From contig JAMIQH010000090.1 in the NCBI GenBank assembly GCA_035914695.1, positions 1-61,427 of the forward strand: a DNA stretch of 61,427 nucleotides, written 5' to 3'. The position numbers and the translations under genes were made by a program. The first letter of the stretch is position 1; each line of letters begins with the position of its first letter. This stretch comes from Bacteroidota bacterium (lineage in GTDB: Bacteria; Bacteroidota; Ignavibacteria; SZUA-365). Shown in pieces: positions 54,735 through 61,427 of this stretch. The notes under the pieces were generated by a model. It was not told where the DNA came from, ran no database searches, and saw only the letters and a list, made by a program, of their open reading frames with translations.

Positions 54735-57700
54735 TCACGGATCGACTACGACGATTTCGACTTCCCAGTGGTTCAGCGACACCGGCCCGGGCGACACCAC
54801 GTCCACGCGGTCGAAATACCCGCCCTGCGGCGCGGTGATGCCTCCGTTTTGTGTGAGTTGACCCGGTGTGAACGCGATTTCGCGTTCGGCGGTCTGCACG
54901 CCCTGGTTATATCCACGGATAAAGGCGGTACCACCCAGAGGGTGCGTGCACGTGAGCGTGATGGAAAACTTCTCGGTATTCCACTGCGTCCCGGGATTGA
55001 TGATGTCCTGTAGCGTTGCCATCTCAAAACGCAGACCCGCCTGTTCCATCGAGAGTTCGGCACCTGCTTTCATGACGAAAGGTGGCGAACCGAAGCCGGT
55101 TTCCGCCTGCGTCATCACATGCACGGTGAGTTGACCAGTTTGATTGGCTGGCACTTTGGCGGGATAGGTTCCCAGGGCCAGGTCGCTTCCGGGAAGCAAG
55201 GGACCATCGGGTATGCTGCTGAAGTAGATGTACCAGGTGGAGATGATGTAACACCACACACCGTCGCTGCCACGATTGCCGTCCAGCTTCAGACCCACCG
55301 GACCCGATACAGTGGCGACACCGCCCGGTCCGCCTTTGCCGGGACCCTTGCCATCGCCACCATTGCCACCATTCCCCGCAATGGCATTGCCCGAGCCACC
55401 GTTGTTGCCGCTACTCACTGTGGCGTTGCCGCCGGCTCCGCCATCGCCGCCACTGGCCGCGGGCGGTGTACAGCAATGACCACCATTTCCACCATTGCCC
55501 CCGAGTGCGCTTGCGGTACCATCGCTGCCGGGATTGCTGGTGGCCGCTCCACCGTCCTGTCCTTTGACATCGGTGCCGCCACGCAAACCGCCGCGGGCTT
55601 CGGCGCTGCCGCCATTGCCTCCGGCGCAGTTGCACCCGGTGCCATTGCCGCCATCGCCACCGTTGGCGCCCGCATGCCCGCCATCGCTGCCCTGCACAGT
55701 GGCTTCGCCAGGATCGGCGGAAGTACCTTGTCCAAACAGCTTGCCAATTTTTCCACTCATCGCTTTGCCATCACCGCCTCGACCACCGACAGCGGTACTG
55801 CTCCCGCCATTTTCGCCGGGACAGCCGTCGCGGCCTTTTTGAGGATCGGGGATGGCGCGGGCGTTGCCGCCGTCGCCCGGTGCGGCGACAGCGTTACCAC
55901 CCTTGCCCGGTTTGAACTGCTCCGCTCCGGCGAGCCGTACGCCCTGATGTCCGGAAGGTCCACCATCGCCACCGAAGGCGCGGGCCCAGCCGCCCTTGCC
56001 TCCCACGGCTGTGCTGGTACAATTGTCCGCATCGCCGCCTTTGCCGCCGTTGGCCGTGGCGCTTCCTCCGTTGCCACCCTGGCCGCCGCTCAGTGTGATG
56101 TTCTCGATGCCTGTGACATTTCCCCGAACGACGCCGCTTTTCCTGGCCGAACCACCCACCCCTCCGCGAGCGAGTGCGTTTGCGCCGTTCTGCCCATTGT
56201 TGCAGCGGTTCAAGCCGGGACCTCCGGTTGCCGTTGCGTTTCCTCCCCTTCCTCCATTGCCAGTGTAGATGTTCACCGGCCCGAGAAAGGTGATGGAATT
56301 GCTCGCGGTGAAACGGACATGGGCTGCCGCATTGCTGCCGCGTCCACCAAATGCATACGCGGTCCCTTCGGCGGGCACGAATACATTGGCATCGCCTCCT
56401 GGACCACCATCGCCCGCTTCGAAACTGCCGCCCATCACCAGAATATTTCTGGCGTGGAAATACAGACTACCACCTCTGCCACCCGCGCCACCCACACGAT
56501 GCGCCGCATTGGCCGCGCCACCCTGCGCGCCCGAAGCCGCGCGAATCGTGCTGTTGTTGATCACGAGCCAGCCATCGGGCACGGTGGTGCGCAGCCCGTT
56601 GCCCGGGCGTCCCGCCGCTCCCGGCAATCCCTGGCGTGCTGGACGAGGTGTCATCACCGCGGCCGAGTCGAAGCGCAGGTGCTGGTAGCCGTAGAACACG
56701 ATACGCTCGCGTACCATGAGCGGACCATTCACCACCGCCGTTCCGCCTGCTGTTTGCGGCTTGCGCATTGCGATTGCATGCGTGGCCGGAACCGCGCGCA
56801 GTCGCGTGGAATCGGGCTGATACACGTAAAGCGACATCTCGGCGCTTGCCGTCTGTCCCGTCGCCGTTGTTACGGCGCAGGTAAGTTCATAGCGCCCGGC
56901 CGCTGCGTATTGGATAACGGGATTTGGCTCGGTCAGCACCCGGCCATCGCCTGTTTCCCAGCGATAGGACGCAACGTCGACATCGACGCCCTCGAAGCCC
57001 GACACGAGCGCAATGCTGTCGGACATCGCATACAGCACATCGCCGCAGGCCGTCGCAAGTCCGAAGCCCGGTGGCAACTCCTCCGTCACTTCAACCACAA
57101 CAATACGTGCACTACTCACCGCGCTGCGACCTTCATCATCGATCATGGTGACGGTGATGGTGCGGCTTCCCTCGGTGGTGTAGCGCAAGGGCACGTCGAG
57201 CGTCACGCCGTCGGTGGGGACGAGATTGCGTAGGACCGTTCCGCTTCCGTCGTTGACATCGAAGCGCACCACGCCACCATCGGGATCGACACCGGTGATG
57301 GAGCACCAGACCACCGCAGTGTCGCCCGGAGGCATGGGCACGTACACGCGATCCGGCAGAACCTCGCCCACGGGATCGAGAGGCAGCGTTGATCGCGCAT
57401 GACTCGGTAACAAGGCCTCCGCATCGGTAATGGTGCTGTCGTCGGTACAGCGCACGGGTACATCCGATATGATGCTTCCGTTCTGTACCAACGCCCCCTC
57501 CACACTGAACAGCAGCAGCTCGCCGCCTGACATCGCGTCATCTGCGCAGGTGTCCACCACGCTGCCTTCGAGCAGCAGCACACGGTAATGCAGTATGCGA
57601 AGCGCGGCACAGGGACTCCAGATGCTGCCTTGCAACAACAGCGTGTCCGACACCAGCAAATCGATCGGTCCCGCGCAGCGCACCGTCACGCCTGCCGGGA

Positions 57701-59633
57701 TTTCCAGCGAGGAGTAACAGTAGCTCCCCGCCGCCAGCGTGGTGTCGTCTGTCACGCGCCATCGCGCCGCTGGCAGCACGTTGAGAGTGAATTCCGCCTC
57801 ATCCCGTTGACCGGCATTGTCCCGCACCCGCACCGTGAAGGTACTTGAACCCGGCTCGTCCGGTACGCCTTGCAGCAGGCCATCGACGCTCAGGGACATG
57901 CCGGACGGGGGATTTCCTTCCACCACATCGAAGCGATACGGTCGAGTGCCCCCCGCCGCATCGAACTGCGCCGTGTACTGTTCACATACCCGCGCGTCGG
58001 GTAACGGCACGGTGAACAGGTGCAGTGCTTCGGCATCCACACGCAGTTCCAGTTTCGCCGTTGCGGTGTCGCCATGCGCATCCGTGACAAGAAGCCGCGG
58101 CATCCACAGTCCGCTGGAATCGGGCGTCCCCACGATATGTCCATCGCTGCTCAGCTGCAGTGCGCTCGGCAGCGAGGCGTCGAGCACAGTCCAGACGTAC
58201 GGTGCCACACCGCCCTCCGCCTGCAAGGCCACACTGTAGGCGGCACCCACCACCGCCACCGGCAATGTGCCGGTGACTATGTGCAACGCCTCGGGTGGTG
58301 TGCGCAGGAGCAGCGTTTTCATGTTGCCATCACTGTTCCCGTGGATGTCTCTCACCCGCACCGCGCAGGAATATTCCGTATTCGCCATCAATCCGTGCAG
58401 CGTGTACTGATGCGTGGACCGCAACACGGCAAGTGGCTGCTTGTAGTCAATGGACTCTGGAAGCACGCTCACAAACAGTTCGTAGCGCAATTCTTCTTCT
58501 GCGCTCACGGCATCCCAAGCTGGCGTCCATGCCAGCGTCAGCGAGCGCGGCTGTTCGGCGAAGCCGCCCGACACGCCCTTGAAATGCGGAGCGGCGAGGT
58601 CGCTGCCTGCTCCATCGCCATCCACGGTGCCCGAGGCCTCGAGCACGCCTTGTTCACGAAACACCTGCACCACGGCATTCATGTCGCCGGTGATGGCTTC
58701 CATTCGTAGCGACACCGCCGTCATACCTCCGGGCAGCAGGTCCACAGCCACGATGTGGTGACGTCCTTCCGTGGCATTGAGCGGAAACAGCGCGCTGTTC
58801 CACTGCGATGTCACCCGCAACAGCAGAGGACGAATGGTGCTGTCGCTGCTCCACACATGCACGCCGGCCGACATTCCCTGCTCGTCCGCCGCCAGGGCCA
58901 CGATGCCATCATCATAGCCCGGTGCGAGATCCTGTTTCCATTCGTGGAGCATTTCGGCATTCGGTCCCAGCAGCAGAAGAAGTGAATTTTTCGAAGTAGG
59001 GAGCCGCTCCCAACCCGCGAGCAGCGTCCCTTCCGGCCGCGGGAGCATGGAAGCGAAATGCACGTTCTCGTATCTCCTGTTCCAGCGCATGTCGCCATCG
59101 GTCTCCAGGCAGAACACCGCCGCGGCTCGCGTGCCATCCCCTTCCTCGTCGCAGCACAGCACCATGGCGCCATCAGCTGACGTGATCAACGCGACGGGGA
59201 GTTGCGATATCCCGTCACTCCGTGGAGCCACCCATCGCCAGCCCGGCGTACCATCGGCGCTCCATGACTGGACAAACAGCCGCCAGCCGCGCTGCCAGCG
59301 CATGCCCGCCACGTACACCTCGCCGGCAGTGCCGAGACGGATGTCATGCGATCTGCAATCCACGCTGTCCGGCAATTCCCGCGACCACAATGTGTCGCCC
59401 ATGGTGCCAAGCATGTGCACGATCATGCTCCAACGCCCGCTGCCATCGAAGAGATTGCCGCACAGCGCCATTCGCGCCGAGCGCAGGTCGCTCGCGACAA
59501 ATTCCACGGAGGCGCCCACATCGGCGCGCCGCAGCTCCCATTGCTGCTGACCCCACAGTGGAGTGATGCACACACAACACCATGCCATGCCTATCACCCA
59601 ACGTACGGCGAGGCGTTTTCTGTTCGCGTTCAT
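54735..59633 (-). CDS. 1632-aa multidomain surface protein: W-rich propeller-like region, FN3, two Ig-like (He_PIG-type), beta-helix-like, two PKD-like, ~460-aa glycine-rich tract, unknown C-terminal domain. No recognisable T9SS tail.
   Basis: ATG 59633 has AGGAGG at 59639-59644. Signal peptide MNANRKRLAVRWVIGMAWCCVCITPLWGQ. FN3: SLTLAWTPAWDAV...YELFVS...NTEYSCAVRVRD. Ig-like: AYSVALQAEGGVAPYVWTV...LSSDGHIVGTP and YTAQFDAAGGTRPYRFDVV...VDGLLQGVP. PKD-like: YRWETGDGRVLTEPNPVIQYAAAGRYELTCAVT. Gly tract: GNGGRGGNATATGG...GQGGNGGSATANGGKGGDADN...GGNGGNGGDGKGPGKGGPGG. The protein ends ...NHWEVEIVVVDP. Confidence 0.9.
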   Translation of the reverse strand: MNANRKRLAVRWVIGMAWCCVCITPLWGQQQWELRRADVGASVEFVASDLRSARMALCGNLFDGSGRWSMIVHMLGTMGDTLWSRELPDSVDCRSHDIRLGTAGEVYVAGMRWQRGWRLFVQSWSADGTPGWRWVAPRSDGISQLPVALITSADGAMVLCCDEEGDGTRAAAVFCLETDGDMRWNRRYENVHFASMLPRPEGTLLAGWERLPTSKNSLLLLLGPNAEMLHEWKQDLAPGYDDGIVALAADEQGMSAGVHVWSSDSTIRPLLLRVTSQWNSALFPLNATEGRHHIVAVDLLPGGMTAVSLRMEAITGDMNAVVQVFREQGVLEASGTVDGDGAGSDLAAPHFKGVSGGFAEQPRSLTLAWTPAWDAVSAEEELRYELFVSVLPESIDYKQPLAVLRSTHQYTLHGLMANTEYSCAVRVRDIHGNSDGNMKTLLLRTPPEALHIVTGTLPVAVVGAAYSVALQAEGGVAPYVWTVLDASLPSALQLSSDGHIVGTPDSSGLWMPRLLVTDAHGDTATAKLELRVDAEALHLFTVPLPDARVCEQYTAQFDAAGGTRPYRFDVVEGNPPSGMSLSVDGLLQGVPDEPGSSTFTVRVRDNAGQRDEAEFTLNVLPAARWRVTDDTTLAAGSYCYSSLEIPAGVTVRCAGPIDLLVSDTLLLQGSIWSPCAALRILHYRVLLLEGSVVDTCADDAMSGGELLLFSVEGALVQNGSIISDVPVRCTDDSTITDAEALLPSHARSTLPLDPVGEVLPDRVYVPMPPGDTAVVWCSITGVDPDGGVVRFDVNDGSGTVLRNLVPTDGVTLDVPLRYTTEGSRTITVTMIDDEGRSAVSSARIVVVEVTEELPPGFGLATACGDVLYAMSDSIALVSGFEGVDVDVASYRWETGDGRVLTEPNPVIQYAAAGRYELTCAVTTATGQTASAEMSLYVYQPDSTRLRAVPATHAIAMRKPQTAGGTAVVNGPLMVRERIVFYGYQHLRFDSAAVMTPRPARQGLPGAAGRPGNGLRTTVPDGWLVINNSTIRAASGAQGGAANAAHRVGGAGGRGGSLYFHARNILVMGGSFEAGDGGPGGDANVFVPAEGTAYAFGGRGSNAAAHVRFTASNSITFLGPVNIYTGNGGRGGNATATGGPGLNRCNNGQNGANALARGGVGGSARKSGVVRGNVTGIENITLSGGQGGNGGSATANGGKGGDADNCTSTAVGGKGGWARAFGGDGGPSGHQGVRLAGAEQFKPGKGGNAVAAPGDGGNARAIPDPQKGRDGCPGENGGSSTAVGGRGGDGKAMSGKIGKLFGQGTSADPGEATVQGSDGGHAGANGGDGGNGTGCNCAGGNGGSAEARGGLRGGTDVKGQDGGAATSNPGSDGTASALGGNGGNGGHCCTPPAASGGDGGAGGNATVSSGNNGGSGNAIAGNGGNGGDGKGPGKGGPGGVATVSGPVGLKLDGNRGSDGVWCYIISTWYIYFSSIPDGPLLPGSDLALGTYPAKVPANQTGQLTVHVMTQAETGFGSPPFVMKAGAELSMEQAGLRFEMATLQDIINPGTQWNTEKFSITLTCTHPLGGTAFIRGYNQGVQTAEREIAFTPGQLTQNGGITAPQGGYFDRVDVVSPGPVSLNHWEVEIVVVDP
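55266..56640 (-). repeat. Glycine-rich degenerate repeat tract (coding), GG-x-GG-x-A type
   Basis: There are about 40 GG-containing short units (GDGGPGGDA, GNGGRGGNATA, GQGGNGGSATA, GGKGGDADN, GGDGGPSGH, GDGGNARA, GGRGGDGKA, GGDGGNGTG, GGNGGSAEA, GGNGGNGGH, GGDGGAGGNATV, GNGGNGGDGKG). They are separated by short variable segments. On the opposite strand the same DNA gives Pro/Ala-rich pseudo-ORFs (55276..55479, 55495..55842, 55996..56268). Confidence 0.85.
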
Positions 59634-59764
59634 GATGTCCTCCTGCGCGCATGGGCACGCCGAAACCGAAGAGACGAGGGTGGACAGCTATACGCACGCG
59701 TCGCTGGCGACAGCGCGGTCGAACGAGGGTCGAAAGGATAAGGTTGTCTGAATTGTACGCCCGC

Positions 59765-59793
59765 ATATTACTCCCCTTTTTCTACAATGTCAA
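59765..59793 (-). promoter_or_regulatory. Near-consensus sigma70 promoter for the giant gene
   Basis: The minus strand reads TTGACA (59793-59788), the 17-nt spacer TTGTAGAAAAAGGGGAG, then TAATAT (59770-59765). This implies a 5' UTR of about 125 nt ending in AGGAGG-N7-ATG. Confidence 0.6.
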
Positions 59794-59937
59794 GTGTGCG
59801 ACACTGGAAAACGATACCCGGCCACGCCGCCGCCCGACGAAATGCTTCATCTCACCACCAACTCGAGTGAGGCGATGAACCCGAACCCCTCGGTCGATGT
59901 TGCAGATGGAGGAATCACGCACACCAAAGTCCCGAGA

Positions 59938-61427
59938 ATGCCTATGCTCGCTGTATTGCGACAAAGTTTGCTTCCCTTATTGCTTCTCATCCCCATCGCC
60001 GCCTCACCGGCACAGTCGTGCCCGAGTCCGGATGTGGCCGGCCCGCATGGCTACGGTTGGTATTCCGCCACGGTACAGCGGGGAGCGAGAACGCTGAACA
60101 GTCTCGTATACTATCCTGCAACGAGTAGTGGACAAAACGCACCCGCCGTGCAGGGCTCCACCCTTTTTCCCATGGTGGCCTTTGGACATGGATTCGCCGC
60201 CCAGAACTCTCATTACATTTCCTACTACCAACACCTCGCATCTCGCGGGTATGTGGTGATAGCCCCACAGTTTCCCGACACACAGCACGATGAACTCGGC
60301 CTGGACCTTCTCGCCTGTGTCGAATGGCTGCGCCAGCGCAACAGCGACACCCAAAGCCTCCTTTACGGGATTGTGGATACTTCGAAGGCGGGCGTATCGG
60401 GACATTCCATGGGCGGCGGAGCGAGTTTGCTGGCGGCCTCCTACGACTCCCGCATTCTGACCGCCGCTCCCATGTGTCCCGCGGAAACCAACCCATCGTG
60501 CATCAGTCGCATGACGCTCATCGCGGGAGCGGTGTGCATCATCGCAGGTTCGGCGGATGGCATCACGCCGCTGGCGAACCATCAGCAACCGATGTACAAT
60601 GCCGCGCAGGCATTCAAAAGCCTGGCGGTGCTGCAAGGCGCAAACCACACGCGATGCATGGACACAGGGATGTTCGATTTCGTCGACCCCAATGGCAATA
60701 TGACACGGACGGTGCAGCAACAACTGACGCGCCGCTACATGACGGCGGTGTTCGACTTTTTTCTGAAAGGCGATAGCTGTGGCTGGAGCTACAGCTACGG
60801 TGTGAACGCCAACCATCCATCGGTGCTACTTAGCCAACTCACCCGTGCAATGCAGCCCTCAACCTTCGGCCTTGTCGCCCCGCTCAGCGGCGCCGTCATC
60901 CCACCGGTGGCCGTGTCCTGGCAGCGCAGCGACTCTCCCAGTCCCATCGACACCGTACGCTATACCGTGCAGACGTCCTCCAACAATCGTTTCGCGAGCA
61001 TTCGTTACGAAAGTACGGTGACGGACACCGCGATGGTTCTTCCCGTGGTGGCCTTCGACACTCTCACGTACTGGCGTGTTGTGGCCTGGACCTCGCCCAA
61101 CACGCGCAGGACAAGCACGAATGTCGGCCAGCTCAGCTCTCCCGTGCCAGTGGAGCTGGCATCCTTCTCCGCTCGTCGTCTTCCCAATGGTGTGGATCTG
61201 GAGTGGATCACGGAAAGCGAAAGCAACAATGCCGGCTTCGAAGTGCTGCGTGCCAGCGATGGCGAGCACTTCCAAAGTATCGCGTTCGTCGCCGGCATGG
61301 GCGACAGTCGTCAGCTGCACCGCTACAACTACTTCGATGCGTTCGAACACGACGCGTGGTACCGCCTGCGCCAAATCGATTTCGATGGAACGCTCACCGT
61401 GGGGCCAACCCTGCACGTCGTTTCTCA
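59938..61427 (+). CDS. Secreted alpha/beta hydrolase of the dienelactone-hydrolase/cutinase (PETase-like) type, followed by an FN3-like YWRV module and a C-terminal sorting-type module. Partial: it runs off the right window edge.
   Basis: Absent from the ORF track because there is no stop in the window. MPMLAVLRQSLLPLLLLIPIAASPAQS...YYPATSSG...FPMVAFGHGFAAQNSHYISYYQHLASRGYVVIAPQF...VDTSKAGVSGHSMGGGASLLAA...IIAGSADGITP...VLQGANHTRC. Then ...LTYWRVVAWTS... and VELASFSARRLPNGVDLEWITESESNNAGFEVLRASDGEHFQSIAFV...YRLRQIDFDGT. In-frame ATGs also occur at 59842, 59875 and 59944. Confidence 0.8.
   Translation, partial: MPMLAVLRQSLLPLLLLIPIAASPAQSCPSPDVAGPHGYGWYSATVQRGARTLNSLVYYPATSSGQNAPAVQGSTLFPMVAFGHGFAAQNSHYISYYQHLASRGYVVIAPQFPDTQHDELGLDLLACVEWLRQRNSDTQSLLYGIVDTSKAGVSGHSMGGGASLLAASYDSRILTAAPMCPAETNPSCISRMTLIAGAVCIIAGSADGITPLANHQQPMYNAAQAFKSLAVLQGANHTRCMDTGMFDFVDPNGNMTRTVQQQLTRRYMTAVFDFFLKGDSCGWSYSYGVNANHPSVLLSQLTRAMQPSTFGLVAPLSGAVIPPVAVSWQRSDSPSPIDTVRYTVQTSSNNRFASIRYESTVTDTAMVLPVVAFDTLTYWRVVAWTSPNTRRTSTNVGQLSSPVPVELASFSARRLPNGVDLEWITESESNNAGFEVLRASDGEHFQSIAFVAGMGDSRQLHRYNYFDAFEHDAWYRLRQIDFDGTLTVGPTLHVVS

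Noticed and set aside
54735-54950. T9SS C-terminal tail (type A or type B) on the 1632-aa protein.
   Set aside because: The last ~80 residues (...AFTPGQLTQNGGITAPQGGYFDRVDVVSPGPVSLNHWEVEIVVVDP) lack the NPF / G.Y...L / basic-terminus pattern seen in every other tail in this window. They also lack the type-B FTPNGDG..D motif. This is by-eye only, so it is flagged for an HMM check.

Overview
The window is visibly GC-rich (about two-thirds G+C by eye, not computed). It is a chromosomal segment from a bacterium that uses type IX secretion. At least 7 proteins end in Por/T9SS type-A tails. Genes carry AGGAGG-type ribosome-binding sites and TTGACA-17-TAnnnT promoters. This suggests an FCB-group lineage such as Ignavibacteriota, Kapabacteria or Rhodothermota, which is inference only.

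Three themes dominate.

(1) Nearly the whole heme pathway is present. One minus-strand operon, hemX(ccsA-like)-hemA-C-D-E-N-H-Y, spans 16.8-25.6 kb. A second plus-strand block, hemB-yceH(DUF480)-hemL, spans 40.7-43.8 kb. That block continues into a UDPGP-type uridylyltransferase, a small CxxCH protein and two PAP2-type membrane proteins.

(2) There is a dense secretome:
- two S9 peptidases
- two tandem S8 subtilases fused to Asp-box propellers
- a BNR propeller protein
- an SGNH esterase
- a PETase/cutinase-like hydrolase
- a LamG-like protein
- three giant surface proteins

(3) Housekeeping genes: uvrA, lgt, tatC, a polyprenyl synthase, nfu, yggX, a tRNA(CAU) and a BtuB-sized TonB-dependent receptor.

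Two real genes are missing from the supplied ORF track because they run off the window edges. One is a minus-strand ORF of at least 1344 aa at 2-4033. The other is a plus-strand hydrolase starting at 59938.

No defence system, CRISPR array, transposase, integrase or prophage gene is visible.

The least explained items are:
- a strongly signalled two-gene module at 54070-59633. It pairs a 1632-aa protein carrying a ~460-aa GGxGG glycine tract and no T9SS tail with a small T9SS-tailed partner coupled to it.
- a VWA-cohesin-8xmodule-cohesin giant protein
- a 240-260 bp composite palindromic intergenic repeat family. Two direct copies bracket the BNR gene.
- the UGPase/CxxCH/sphingolipid-synthase-like PAP2 cluster

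All homology statements come from motif recognition by eye. No database search was run.
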